DNA of 64,000 nt, taken from Escherichia phage vB_EcoM_KWBSE43-6. The stretch lies in sequence record NC_048186.1; one strand, 5' to 3'. Of the stretch, positions 28,313-38,285 are shown piece by piece. The position numbers and the translations under genes were made by a program. How positions within the stretch are numbered: position 1 is the stretch's first letter; each line of letters begins with the position of its first letter. The notes beneath the pieces are model-generated. The model did not search any database. It saw only the letters and a program-made list of their open reading frames with translations, and was not told where the DNA came from.

Positions 28313-29020
28313 ATGGCAAAGAATGCGATGGGTGAAGAAGATCCGCTGCTGTTTCCAGCCGAAATGGATGCTCCCGAATTGGTGAAGCGCTACATCCGGA
28401 AGTACCGCCAACACTTCGGGGCCGAAGCCAAGCGTAATATTCGCCGCTCCCACGTGTGGTTCATGGAACGTGTGTCTAAGGATGCCAACCTGACCCCACA
28501 GCATATGATGAAAGCATTTGCTGAAAACAAGCGCCCGGTACAGGGTGTCCGCTATATGGTCGGGCGTATGTTCTATTTCAAATATGATGCCCTGACAAAA
28601 GAAGAGTTACCATACTGGGACATGTATCCCTTGGTATTTTTCTTCAATTTTGCCAAGGGGGATGGGATTAATTTTGGTGAGCGTGGCGTGACTTATCTGT
28701 GGGGGCTTAACCTTCATTATCTTCCGCCAAAACTCCGACTTTTGGTATTTGAAGACCTGATTAAACTGAGGAATGAAAGGGCATATCGTTCCAAAACCCG
28801 TTTGCGACTAACGTGGGACGCATTGAAACGGTTCGCTAACCATCCTCTGTATGAGCATTGTGTCAAACTTTACAGGGCTGATCGGTTCAGAACACAGCTT
28901 TATGAAATCGAACCACAATATTGGGAAGTTGTCCTCTTTATGCGTACTGCACGCTTCCAGAAACAAAGCCAGGCCAGCGTCTGGAAGGATGCCCGCATGC
29001 GCCATAAACCCAAAAAGTGA
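28313..29020 (+). CDS. Hypothetical protein, possibly T4 gp2-like DNA end-protector
   Basis: 235 aa basic protein; ELPYWDMYPLVFFF block recalled as gp2-like; memory-based and unverified. Confidence 0.35.
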   Translation: MAKNAMGEEDPLLFPAEMDAPELVKRYIRKYRQHFGAEAKRNIRRSHVWFMERVSKDANLTPQHMMKAFAENKRPVQGVRYMVGRMFYFKYDALTKEELPYWDMYPLVFFFNFAKGDGINFGERGVTYLWGLNLHYLPPKLRLLVFEDLIKLRNERAYRSKTRLRLTWDALKRFANHPLYEHCVKLYRADRFRTQLYEIEPQYWEVVLFMRTARFQKQSQASVWKDARMRHKPKK

Positions 29021-29086
29021 TTAGTTCTATAACCCGTTTGCAGCGATAATTCGCGAACGGGTTCCCTTCAACAATGAGGCTTTACA

Positions 29087-29821
29087 ATGTCTACTATTTA
29101 TCGTATTCTCGGTATTGAATTTACACCAGCTCGTCTTGACGCAACACATCCATTATCTAAAGGAAAGACCGGTTTTGAAATCGGCCGGGATTCTTTCTAC
29201 AAAAACGGTAAAGTGCCCCCAACGTTTGCTTCCATGATTCGTGCTATGGGGATCAGCGAAGATTCAGAAGCTGAATATGATATGAAAGACCTGCTGCGTA
29301 TAGGCGATAGTGAAACAATCGACTTCGTGCAGGATTTTATCACAGGATGGTCGCACTCCAGTGATTTGAAGAATAAGGCTAACAAAACGTTGGGTTGTTT
29401 TTCTTATGCGGTTGAATATCTCTGTTCAAGAAGCCAAACAATTGAATTCTTCAGGGACGATCTGTTATCAGCTCTTGGTGAATCCGATTTGAGGTTAGTG
29501 GATTCTGAAAACCGTGATTCTAACCTGCGTGACGCGATTGAATCCAATGAAGTTCATATCGTCAAGGAACGCAATATCTTTTTCGGTGGCACCCAGGGGT
29601 TCAAGATCCACCCTGACCTGGTTTACACTGACGAAGTTTGTCGTACTCTCACGAAGTTCTTTGGCAAAATTAATGATTCGTTATATGTCGCTATCGCTTT
29701 GATTATGCAAGAAGAGCATTTCGAATCCAAAGTTCGCCAAATTCGTGAACACGTGATCGCAGGAAGTGATTTCAGATTGACTGAACCAAGCGAAATGCCC
29801 AATTTCTTTGATAAAAAATAA
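29087..29821 (+). CDS. Hypothetical protein (AT-rich)
   Basis: 244 aa ORF. Confidence 0.45.
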   Translation: MSTIYRILGIEFTPARLDATHPLSKGKTGFEIGRDSFYKNGKVPPTFASMIRAMGISEDSEAEYDMKDLLRIGDSETIDFVQDFITGWSHSSDLKNKANKTLGCFSYAVEYLCSRSQTIEFFRDDLLSALGESDLRLVDSENRDSNLRDAIESNEVHIVKERNIFFGGTQGFKIHPDLVYTDEVCRTLTKFFGKINDSLYVAIALIMQEEHFESKVRQIREHVIAGSDFRLTEPSEMPNFFDKK

Positions 29822-29845
29822 TCTGCCGCGCACCTGGAGATGTCT

Positions 29846-30157
29846 ATGAGAAGGTATTTGAGGCTTAATACAGTTCTAGAATCATTGATAGAATTTTATA
29901 TCTTACAACATCTCCGTTCAGGAAACGAGCACATTGACGACTTCCTCTTGTATGATCACCAGATAACGATCCATTCAGTTGAAGTCGTTGATGACGATCT
30001 GCTCCTGGCCAACATAGAGCACAGTCTGTATGACAACCAGGCGGGTAAATATTGTGCTCCGGCATTTTCTCAGGTAGAGATAACACCATGCTGGCCTGCC
30101 GAAAAAGTTTTCAATATAGACGATGTGGTTTATGATGAAGCGAACTCTTTCAGATAG
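29846..30157 (+). CDS. Hypothetical protein
   Basis: ORF; second in-frame ATG chosen because of GGAG spacing. Confidence 0.35.
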   Translation: MRRYLRLNTVLESLIEFYILQHLRSGNEHIDDFLLYDHQITIHSVEVVDDDLLLANIEHSLYDNQAGKYCAPAFSQVEITPCWPAEKVFNIDDVVYDEANSFR

Positions 30158-30207
30158 AGGGTTGTGAAGAAAGTTTGTTATCTGAACATTCTTTTTATAG
30201 AAAGTGG

Positions 30208-30235
30208 TTTACAATCTTCAAAACTACAGTATAGT
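30208..30235 (+). promoter_or_regulatory. Possible sigma70-type early promoter (TTTACA -16 nt- TATAGT)
   Basis: -35/-10-like hexamers with 16-nt spacer, 60 nt upstream of ATG 30295. Confidence 0.25.
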
Positions 30236-30294
30236 TGAAAACAAGCGAAACGGCTGTGTCAGCCGACCGATTTACAACATATAGGATCTACACT

Positions 30295-31206
30295 ATGTCT
30301 TACATTCTCCATATTGAGTCCGGCCTGAAATTTGATATTGAAGGTAAAACTGCGTCTGACGTCCAGTCCGAAATCAAAGACGCTGGTCTGCTGATCGGTA
30401 ACGTAACCATCCGCCGTATGCTCGACGGCGTCCTGCAAAGTGCCAACGGGTTTGAGCTGATCGATTCCCTGTCTCAAGAAGAGCAGGAAGAAACCCTGGA
30501 GGCTCTCGACCGTGCGAAGGCCGAAGAAGTCCAGCCGACTGACGGCGCTGGCGTGAAAGAAGGCGCTGGCGATACCACTCCGGTCATTGACGCCGAAGAA
30601 ACTGTTAACCAGCCGGAAGCGGAACAAACTGCGAACTCCGAAGAATCTACGGAAACTGCTGAACAGGCTGACCCGCAGGAAGTAGAAGCTGTGGCAAACG
30701 CAGATGAAGTCCGCCGCCGTATCCTGGGTACTAACGTGGCAGAAGCGCTGGCCGAAGGTGGCAATGCCGCCGAAGACGCTTCCCTGGCCGCGAAATCTAA
30801 GCTGACCAACCTGACCCCGGCAGTTGCGCCGGAAGATCGCAAACGTCGCCATAACAAACGCGAAGAAATGGTTGAAGCCGCGCGTTCTTCCAATTTCGGC
30901 GCGATCCTGGCAGCAGTAGAAGCAGGCGTCATTCCGGGTGTTTACCTGAGCTATGTCAATCCGGATATGCGCTGGTTCCAGTTCCCGGTCACCGAGCTGG
31001 CTGATAAAGAAAACCCGCATGCGCGGACTAACACCTACGTCGATCTGGCGCCGATCACTTCCGGCGGCTGGGGTTTCAGTCTGTACGTGAAAGGTAAATC
31101 TTTCACCAAACGCCAGAAAATCAAAGAGACCGATGCGGAATCTCTGGTTAAAGCGATCAATGAATGGTTGCCGGGTGTTCTGGAAGAAGCCAAAAACGCA
31201 GGCTGA
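30295..31206 (+). CDS. Acidic Ala/Glu-rich protein (low-complexity central region)
   Basis: About 303 aa; central EEQEETLEA...AEQTANSEESTETAEQADPQE; start at ATG 30295 (MSYILHIESG). Confidence 0.45.
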   Translation: MSYILHIESGLKFDIEGKTASDVQSEIKDAGLLIGNVTIRRMLDGVLQSANGFELIDSLSQEEQEETLEALDRAKAEEVQPTDGAGVKEGAGDTTPVIDAEETVNQPEAEQTANSEESTETAEQADPQEVEAVANADEVRRRILGTNVAEALAEGGNAAEDASLAAKSKLTNLTPAVAPEDRKRRHNKREEMVEAARSSNFGAILAAVEAGVIPGVYLSYVNPDMRWFQFPVTELADKENPHARTNTYVDLAPITSGGWGFSLYVKGKSFTKRQKIKETDAESLVKAINEWLPGVLEEAKNAG

Positions 31207-31280
31207 TTTTAAATCAGATTCCGTTCAATAGACGAAGGGGCTGCTATAATAGCAGCCTCTTTTGTTTATTGGGGCTTTGT

Positions 31281-31943
31281 ATGTCTTATACGATCAAAGG
31301 TCTGTTGAAAAGACCTGTCCATTTGTTCCATAAACCACCTGCCGTTGTCGGGAATTATCCGGCAAGAGGAGAGCTTTATTATGTCAAAGGCTCCAACGGT
31401 AGTGGCAAGTCTACCGTTCCGTCCTGGATGGCGGAGAATGATCCTCAGGCGTATGTCGTGACCCATAATGGCAAAGTGATGCTGACAGTTTGCCCATCAT
31501 TTAATATCATCTGTGTTGGTAAGTACGACAAATCGAAATCCAAAGGGGTTGACTCTTTGAAAGACACAGAGCAGATGCTATTCGCCGTCTCAATCACGGA
31601 GCAGCCAGAATACATCGGGTATGATGTGATCTTTGAAGGTATTATCCCTGCTACCTTGCTCAATACGTGGATTGAACGTCTAAACCGCCCGACCCGCCGC
31701 CTTGTGGTTCTGTTCTTGGATACCCCCAAGGAAATATGCCTGGCGCGTGTGAGTTCTCGCAATGGGGGTGAAGACTTCAAACACGAACTCGTCCTGGAGA
31801 AATGGAAGCGTGTCAACTCTCACCGAGAGCGGCATAAAGAGTTGTTCCCTAACATTACTGCGGGTATGATGAAGTCTAATGGTCTGACCGTTGATCAGGC
31901 CGTATCTGCGTTTCTCAATCGTGATTTTGGGAGTATTGATTGA
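31281..31943 (+). CDS. P-loop kinase (nucleotide or DNA kinase family)
   Basis: Walker A GSNGSGKST; about 220 aa; immediately upstream of TS-family gene. Confidence 0.5.
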   Translation: MSYTIKGLLKRPVHLFHKPPAVVGNYPARGELYYVKGSNGSGKSTVPSWMAENDPQAYVVTHNGKVMLTVCPSFNIICVGKYDKSKSKGVDSLKDTEQMLFAVSITEQPEYIGYDVIFEGIIPATLLNTWIERLNRPTRRLVVLFLDTPKEICLARVSSRNGGEDFKHELVLEKWKRVNSHRERHKELFPNITAGMMKSNGLTVDQAVSAFLNRDFGSID

Positions 31944-32998
31944 TGGAAATTTTTGCTTTAAACAACAACGACATGCTGAAGAAAGCTGTCCTGGCTATCC
32001 GTGAACATGGGATTGAATCTGATCCCGGTAATGCGGAGATTAATACTGATGGCACCCGGTTTCTTGATGGCGTGACTATAACCGTCTCTGATATCCGTGA
32101 CCGCTGGCTTTCCGTTGAAGGTCGCAATTCTTCTGCGCTGGCTGCTATTGGCGAGACCTTCTGGGTTCTGTCAGGCCGCAATGACATCCGTTTCCTTTCC
32201 CGAGTACTCCCCCGCGCGGCCAACTTCTCTGACGATGGTGTAACCTGGCGCGGCGCGTATGGTACACGCCTGTACAATCACGGGCAGCTGGATAGCGTTA
32301 TCAGCCGTCTGCGCAAGAATCCAAATACCCGCCAGGCTTATCTGACAATCTACGACCCGGCGCTGGACTCTGATGAAGGTTTGGCCGCTCATAATGAAAC
32401 AGGCGAAGCCAAGACCAAGGACATGATTTGTAATTTGGCCCTTTTGTTCTCTATTACAAACGGCTGTCTGAACATGACTGTCATCAACCGTAGCCAGGAT
32501 GTTCTTTGGGGAATGTCTTCGATTAACTTCATTGAATTCTCTATTCTTCAAGAAGTGATCGCTAATGTTTTGGGCGTGAACGTCGGCCAGTACAAGTTGT
32601 TCTCCAACAATCTTCATTATTACAACAATGAAGTAAGCCAAAAACAGCTGAGTAAGATCACGGCGGATACCGTCGTGGTGGAAGAAGGAATGTTCAAAGA
32701 CAAGATTATTTTCAATAATGAAATTGTTGAAGAGCAGAACGGAATCCTGTATATGTTCCGTGACGTGTTGGAAGCGTGTGAAAGTGGATTATCCTGGTCT
32801 TCTGTAGTGGGGATGTTGGAACGCTATGGCGCGGACAGAGGGTTGTTGATGCAAATGGCGTATTGTTTGTGGTGCCGTTTGAACGGTGTTCTTATCAATC
32901 ATATGTATATTGCTGATGATGGGTTACTGAATGCTCTCCGCCATTCTCCTGTTGATCGCAAATATATGAATCCTCGTTCTTTGGGTGGTGACAAATGA
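31940..32998 (+). CDS. Thymidylate synthase-superfamily enzyme (pyrimidine dNMP hydroxymethylase/methylase-like) with about 100-aa C-terminal extension
   Basis: NPNTRQAYLTIYDP resembles the TS phosphate-binding Arg block; CNLALLF...NRSQDVLWG parallels TS PCH...QRSCDVFLG active-site region; too divergent for canonical ThyA. Confidence 0.65.
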   Translation: MMEIFALNNNDMLKKAVLAIREHGIESDPGNAEINTDGTRFLDGVTITVSDIRDRWLSVEGRNSSALAAIGETFWVLSGRNDIRFLSRVLPRAANFSDDGVTWRGAYGTRLYNHGQLDSVISRLRKNPNTRQAYLTIYDPALDSDEGLAAHNETGEAKTKDMICNLALLFSITNGCLNMTVINRSQDVLWGMSSINFIEFSILQEVIANVLGVNVGQYKLFSNNLHYYNNEVSQKQLSKITADTVVVEEGMFKDKIIFNNEIVEEQNGILYMFRDVLEACESGLSWSSVVGMLERYGADRGLLMQMAYCLWCRLNGVLINHMYIADDGLLNALRHSPVDRKYMNPRSLGGDK

Positions 32999-33564
32999 TG
33001 TATCCTAATCTGGAATTCTTCACGGGGCGCAAGCGCTCCGGTAAAGACTTCTGCCTTGAATCTCTGATCAGTTTCTATGAAATTCAGGGTTACAAAGAAA
33101 TCCGTCGTCTTTCATTCTCAGACGAACTGCGCCGGGTGGCCAATTATATCTACCCATGGTTGCCAGTGGACGTAGACGACGCTATCAAGGACGTTCCGTT
33201 CGTTCACCCAGATAACCATCAGGGGTTAACCCCAAGGCAGATCTGGCTCCATCTCGGGAGCGCCTCTGGGCTGCGTTATGTTCAGCCAGACCTATTCCTG
33301 GCGTTTTTTAAACGTTATCAACTTCCTCTCGTTGAGGCTAATCCTCATATCCATTATATCGTCAGTGATTTGCGTACTCCCCAGGAATATGAATGGGCGC
33401 TGAGCACTAAATGTCCTATCACGCGCATTTCAAAGGCAGACCGTGCCGGTATCATAGAAGACGATATAGAGGCGTTCATTGATGAGATGAAGGTCAATTA
33501 TGAATTTGTCAATCCGTTCCAGGGGTGGGCACCATTCGTCAAATTCTATGAGGAAAGGAAATGA
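32995..33564 (+). CDS. Deoxynucleoside monophosphate kinase (T4 gp1-like)
   Basis: FTGRKRSGKDF matches T4 gp1 LSGVKRSGKDT P-loop; 189 aa. Confidence 0.6.
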   Translation: MMYPNLEFFTGRKRSGKDFCLESLISFYEIQGYKEIRRLSFSDELRRVANYIYPWLPVDVDDAIKDVPFVHPDNHQGLTPRQIWLHLGSASGLRYVQPDLFLAFFKRYQLPLVEANPHIHYIVSDLRTPQEYEWALSTKCPITRISKADRAGIIEDDIEAFIDEMKVNYEFVNPFQGWAPFVKFYEERK

Positions 33565-34112
33565 TAACAGCAGATCATATTAAAAGACTGCTCCAACTCC
33601 AAGAGGCCACTAATGTGGCCTACTTTGGGGAAGAGTGGGAAAAGTATTGGACTCACGTTGCCGTAACGAACTCAATTTATCGTGAATGGGCAGAATTCCT
33701 TGATGAAACCACCAAGGATTGGAAGATTTATGGGAATGGTATCCATTTCAATAGAACGGATGCCGTCTATGAATTGGTTGATGTGGTCCATTTTATGCTG
33801 TCTTCCATATTGTCCGGGTATGGTTCTGCGTTCCCGATCGAAATGCAATTTGATCTTTTCTTCAAAGAAGGTCAGGTAATAGATAAATCTGCTAATCTGG
33901 TACATGTCACCGAACGGTTTACAACGTTTATGGGACAACCCGATATCATCCGGTTTGTACGGTTCTTGGTATGCGCCTGTGGTTATCTGGGACTGGACGC
34001 CGAGACATACATGCTGGCACACAAACGCAAAAATGATCGTAATCGGCTGCGCGCTGCAGGCGGCTCTGACTACGACAAATCCAAAGAAATCCCTCTGACC
34101 CTGGAGTTCTAA
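33561..34112 (+). CDS. All-alpha NTP pyrophosphatase (dimeric dUTPase / T4 gp56 dCTPase-like)
   Basis: 183 aa; acidic helical motifs EEWEKYW, EFLDETTKDW, YELVDVVHF characteristic of MazG/dimeric-dUTPase superfamily. Confidence 0.5.
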   Translation: MITADHIKRLLQLQEATNVAYFGEEWEKYWTHVAVTNSIYREWAEFLDETTKDWKIYGNGIHFNRTDAVYELVDVVHFMLSSILSGYGSAFPIEMQFDLFFKEGQVIDKSANLVHVTERFTTFMGQPDIIRFVRFLVCACGYLGLDAETYMLAHKRKNDRNRLRAAGGSDYDKSKEIPLTLEF

Positions 34113-34630
34113 TGTTTACGATTAACATCTCCATTTCGGCCGATAACCTTGAGTCATCGGTTGGCAATTTCATTGAGCACATGAAGCCCTTGGGACATGT
34201 GATACTCAATTGCACGTTAGACGTTGAAGGCGGGGTTGCGGAGATGTTATTCACGACACCCTCTCCAACAGACGCATTCGTCTTGATTGAGCGCTGGGCA
34301 TCGGAGGACATTCCTGTTCCAGCGCCGTTACAGGATATCTATTTCAGCGAGACGATCTACTCACTCCATAGTATGCCCAAGGACGTAAGCCAGGCAGATA
34401 TTGTTCGTCTGATTAATCATAACATGAACTTTGGGTGTATCGTTCGGCGTGATAACTACCGTTTACGCAATCATTTCCTGTATGATAACCAGAACAAAGT
34501 GGATGAAGATCCATTATTATCCATCAAAACCATGCAGGAAGCGATTAATATTTTGTCTAAGAAGGTTCTGGGTGCAGAATTATTAACCACAATTAACAAA
34601 CAAGAGGAAGTAAAATGGCCAGTTCATTAA
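34112..34630 (+). CDS. Hypothetical protein (172 aa) between nucleotide-metabolism cluster and uvsX
   Basis: ORF; occupies the position of beta-glucosyltransferase in T4 but is half the size and shows no recognised GT motif. Confidence 0.4.
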   Translation: MFTINISISADNLESSVGNFIEHMKPLGHVILNCTLDVEGGVAEMLFTTPSPTDAFVLIERWASEDIPVPAPLQDIYFSETIYSLHSMPKDVSQADIVRLINHNMNFGCIVRRDNYRLRNHFLYDNQNKVDEDPLLSIKTMQEAINILSKKVLGAELLTTINKQEEVKWPVH

Positions 34631-35700
34631 TGGATCGCATGTTGAAAGTTGCTAAGAAACATGACGATCAGGCTTCGGTATTGTCTCAGTCAGACGCGCT
34701 CGACCCGAAAATTATCTGCTCGACTGGTATTCCCCTTATTGATATCGCCTGGTCTGGGCGTGTTGATGGCGGTCTGATCTCTGGCATCAAAATGATGGTC
34801 GGTGATTCTCGTACATTCAAAACGATGTTCGGCCTGGTGGACGTCAAAGCGTACATGGATAAATTCCCCGACGCGATCTGTGTATTCGCCGATTCCGAAA
34901 AAGGTGCCAACGCCGATTATTGGACATCCATGGGTATTGACATGGATCGTGTTCTGTATGTCCCGATCGATAACGTTGAACAAACCAAGATCCGTCTGCT
35001 ACAGATTCTTCAGGAAGTGAAGAAAGGCGATAAAGTAATCGTGTTCATCGACTCTATCAGCCAGTTACCTTCCACCAAAGAGGTCGAAGACGCCATCGCT
35101 GGCAAAGATACCCAGGACATGACCCGCGCCCGCGCCCTGAACAGCTTCTGGCGCGTCATTACACCCGAGATTAACAGCAAAGAGCTGGTGTTGGTCTGGA
35201 TCAACTCGTATTATGATGAAATCGGGAACCAATATGCTGAGCCTAACATCAAAGGCGGTAAGCAGGGATTCCTATCATCTAACCTGATTTGGTTCATCAC
35301 CCGTTCACAGGTAAAAGAAGACAAAGACCTGCTGGGGTGGAACTTCAACATCGGCATCATGAAAGGTCGCCATGTTAAAGAGAAAGCCAAACTCCCTGTC
35401 ACGGTTCTGTATGATGGTGGTATTGACCGTTGGAGCGGCATGCTGGAAATTTCTCGGGCGCTTGGCTATGTCGATATGCCGACTTCTGGCTGGTATGTCC
35501 GGACAGCCAAAGGTGGATTTGATCCAGAAAAAGAGAAGAAATACCAGAAGCGTCAAATGGATGATGACTTTTGGTATCCGCTTCTGGAAAACCCGGACTT
35601 CGCCGATGACGTTAAAAAGATGTTCGGCGTTTCCAACGGTACGGTAATGCCTGCGAACATGCTGGAGCAGATGGACCATGTTATCAACACCAGTGAATAA
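34615..35700 (+). CDS. uvsX: UvsX recombinase (RecA-like)
   Basis: 361 aa; blocks IPLIDIAWSGRVDGGL, FKTMFGL, DAICVFADSE, KVIVFIDSI, DMTRARALNS, VKEKAKLPV...YDGGID parallel T4 UvsX. Confidence 0.85.
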   Translation: MASSLMDRMLKVAKKHDDQASVLSQSDALDPKIICSTGIPLIDIAWSGRVDGGLISGIKMMVGDSRTFKTMFGLVDVKAYMDKFPDAICVFADSEKGANADYWTSMGIDMDRVLYVPIDNVEQTKIRLLQILQEVKKGDKVIVFIDSISQLPSTKEVEDAIAGKDTQDMTRARALNSFWRVITPEINSKELVLVWINSYYDEIGNQYAEPNIKGGKQGFLSSNLIWFITRSQVKEDKDLLGWNFNIGIMKGRHVKEKAKLPVTVLYDGGIDRWSGMLEISRALGYVDMPTSGWYVRTAKGGFDPEKEKKYQKRQMDDDFWYPLLENPDFADDVKKMFGVSNGTVMPANMLEQMDHVINTSE

Positions 35701-36007
35701 CAATGGAGGGGGAGTCACCTCCCCCGTTAATTACGAACTCATCGACCCCGGTGAAGGCCAAATATCCATCGTCCATATTTTGGAGGGCCAATTCCGTGGT
35801 GTCAAATTCCGTATTGGGAAAGTATCCTGGGAATGGTCTGATGACGCACCCCGGCTTATTTTTACCACGGATATTTTGAAGAAACCTTGGCGTATTTTCT
35901 TTAAAGATTTGAAAAATAACGACTTGTTCACTGAAGTGTCAGGCCGTATCTTATTAGACTTAATGCAGAAGAACGCTCAGGAATACAACAAAATTTTGGT
36001 GGGGTAG
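35678..36007 (+). CDS. Hypothetical protein (position of T4 gene 40)
   Basis: 109 aa ORF overlapping uvsX 3' end by 23 nt; start uncertain. Confidence 0.35.
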   Translation: MLSTPVNNNGGGVTSPVNYELIDPGEGQISIVHILEGQFRGVKFRIGKVSWEWSDDAPRLIFTTDILKKPWRIFFKDLKNNDLFTEVSGRILLDLMQKNAQEYNKILVG

Positions 36008-37441
36008 TTGCCAATGTTACTCGAATCTGTCGTGCTTTCCCAATTGATTTACAATGAAGAATACCAAAGAAAAATATTGCCTTACCTGAAAGCCGATTAT
36101 TTCGAAAATGAAGGTGAGAAGATTATATTCGGATTAATTGACGATTATTCGTCAGAATATAATGCTCGCCCTTCGGTTGATGCTCTGTCTATTATGCTGG
36201 AGAAGACTCCGCTCAACGAGCATGTGTTTGAACAATCAATCGCCGCTCTTTCTAATATCAATGACAATACATTCAATCAGGAATGGTTGGTAAAAGAAAC
36301 TGAGCAATGGGCGCGCAATAAGGCTGTGCACAACGCGATAAAAACAGCTGTTAACATCTATGGTGACAACAAGCGGCAGGAGGAGATGAATAATATCCCC
36401 ACCATCCTGCAAGAAGCGTTGTCTATCAGTTTTGATTCATATCTTGGTCATATCTATTGGGAAATGGCTGCAGAGCAATATGACCATATGAATTCAGCTG
36501 AGGCCAAAATCCCATTCGCTGTTGAAATATTCAACAAGGCTACGCGCGGCGGTGTAGGCAAAAAGACCCTGAACATTGTTACGGGTGCCATCAACGCAGG
36601 TAAGACCACAACCCTGATAGACCTGGCGGCGGGTTATTCAGAGCAGGGGCTGAATGTTTTCGTCTTTACCCTGGAAGTTGCTGAGAACATTTGGCGTCAC
36701 CGTCTTGACGCCCGTATTATGCGACGTGATTTTGAAGTCGTTGAGAAGATGACCCGTGAAGAGTACATCGGGACAATCCAAAAATTAAGGACAAGGGACA
36801 ACGGCTCTCTGAAAGGCGATATCGTCATCAAGGAATACCCATCTGGGGCAGGGCATACTGGATTGTATCGTCGAGATATTCTGGAATATATCTCGTCAAC
36901 AGGCATCTCTCCTGACGTTATCATTATCGACTATCTGGGTGAATCGGCGTCTTCGCGTCTTCCGGCTCATCTTATGAACAACACCAACGTGTACTATACA
37001 TCTGTTGCTCGTGAATTCCGTGCTCTTGGGTTCGAATTTGATTGCCCGGTGTGGACTGGTATGCAGTTCAATCGTGAGAAGCAATCAGCCACAGACGGGG
37101 ATATCAGTGACCTGGCAGATGCTATCGGTATCCCGAAGGTCGCCGACTTCATCATGGCATTCTATGCGCCGGACGAATTGGCTGCAGTCAAGAAGGCCCG
37201 CGCCAGTATCCTCAAAAACCGTTATGCCAACAAACAGAAATTGAAATCGTTCTTGTTTGGTATGGATCAGGATAAGCAGATTTTGTTTGATCTTGACTGG
37301 AATGAGGTTAAGCGAGATCTCACAGAAGAAGAAGCCAAATATGTTGAGAATGTTCATATTAAACATGATATGAACAAAACAGGGAACGTTGTGACCGACG
37401 CGAAGAAAGCGGAAACGGTCAATAACTGGAACTTTGGCTGA
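36008..37441 (+). CDS. Replicative DNA helicase (T4 gp41-like, DnaB family)
   Basis: 477 aa; N-terminus LLESVVLSQLIYNEEY, QEWLVKETEQWARNKA, ALSISFDSYLGH, Walker A GAINAGKTT, IIIDYLG; closely parallel to T4 gp41. Confidence 0.85.
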   Translation: MPMLLESVVLSQLIYNEEYQRKILPYLKADYFENEGEKIIFGLIDDYSSEYNARPSVDALSIMLEKTPLNEHVFEQSIAALSNINDNTFNQEWLVKETEQWARNKAVHNAIKTAVNIYGDNKRQEEMNNIPTILQEALSISFDSYLGHIYWEMAAEQYDHMNSAEAKIPFAVEIFNKATRGGVGKKTLNIVTGAINAGKTTTLIDLAAGYSEQGLNVFVFTLEVAENIWRHRLDARIMRRDFEVVEKMTREEYIGTIQKLRTRDNGSLKGDIVIKEYPSGAGHTGLYRRDILEYISSTGISPDVIIIDYLGESASSRLPAHLMNNTNVYYTSVAREFRALGFEFDCPVWTGMQFNREKQSATDGDISDLADAIGIPKVADFIMAFYAPDELAAVKKARASILKNRYANKQKLKSFLFGMDQDKQILFDLDWNEVKRDLTEEEAKYVENVHIKHDMNKTGNVVTDAKKAETVNNWNFG

Positions 37442-37503
37442 TTTCAATAAACGGATCATGAGGTATAATCTTCATGATCTGAATATAAACCCAGGAGCAC
37501 ATC

Positions 37504-37839
37504 ATGTTGCACAATAATTTCATGGCGGATCTGCTACGCGCCGTTGAGCAGGTGTGCCACACCAAGAAGGATACGATCAATCTAGACTTCGCTCAGACTA
37601 TCGAATTCTTTAAAGCACGCCATGCTTGGAAAGACCACAATGTGAAAGTAATGGCGCAAGAAGGGGAATTGGTTGAACTCGATTTGCCATCATTCCCTTT
37701 ACCGGTACGGACCGAAACTCAGGAACAATACGAAATTGAAGGCGTTCGCATTATTCCTAAGTTTGGTTATCATAGTATCGTTTACTTCTTCCTGAGCCGG
37801 ATTGGGAGAAATATCATCCCGACCGGAATGCGTATCTAA
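37504..37839 (+). CDS. Hypothetical protein
   Basis: 111 aa ORF. Confidence 0.4.
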   Translation: MLHNNFMADLLRAVEQVCHTKKDTINLDFAQTIEFFKARHAWKDHNVKVMAQEGELVELDLPSFPLPVRTETQEQYEIEGVRIIPKFGYHSIVYFFLSRIGRNIIPTGMRI

Positions 37840-37852
37840 TAGAGGGCTTAAC

Positions 37853-38167
37853 ATGTCTGTAGAACAAATTGGTTTTTATGAAATCCCGAACGACCCGGCG
37901 CTGCGCAAGAAACTGTTTGACACCATCGAAAACTGCCGCGCCGCCCAAGTCCGTATCAAATCAGAACAGACGTACATCACTGACGCACTGTCTGAAATCG
38001 GTAAAGCAACGGGCATCAAAGCAGCTGATCTGCGTAAAGTCGTGTCAGACCGCGCCGCTGGTACTTACACCAAGACAATCGAAACCAGCGCCAAATACCA
38101 GGATCTCTACGAATCCCTGTTCCCGAACGCCGCGCCGGATCGTGATCCGAATACTTCCGGCGAATGA
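37853..38167 (+). CDS. Hypothetical protein
   Basis: ORF starting MSVEQIGFYE with GAGGG RBS. Confidence 0.4.
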   Translation: MSVEQIGFYEIPNDPALRKKLFDTIENCRAAQVRIKSEQTYITDALSEIGKATGIKAADLRKVVSDRAAGTYTKTIETSAKYQDLYESLFPNAAPDRDPNTSGE

Positions 38168-38285
38168 CAGACCCCAAAGGCCCAACATTCGTTGGGCTTT
38201 CTTACTTTCAAAACCTTTACTTCAATAAACAACCGCGCTATATTTCATTTTATTGAATTGTTGTTTCTAAATCATGAGGTGAAAG

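Noticed and set aside
30259-31020. 253-aa antisense ORF opposite the acidic protein gene
   Set aside because: Its translation is a low-complexity Arg/Ser/Ala-rich mirror of the sense frame; the + strand frame has the proper start context
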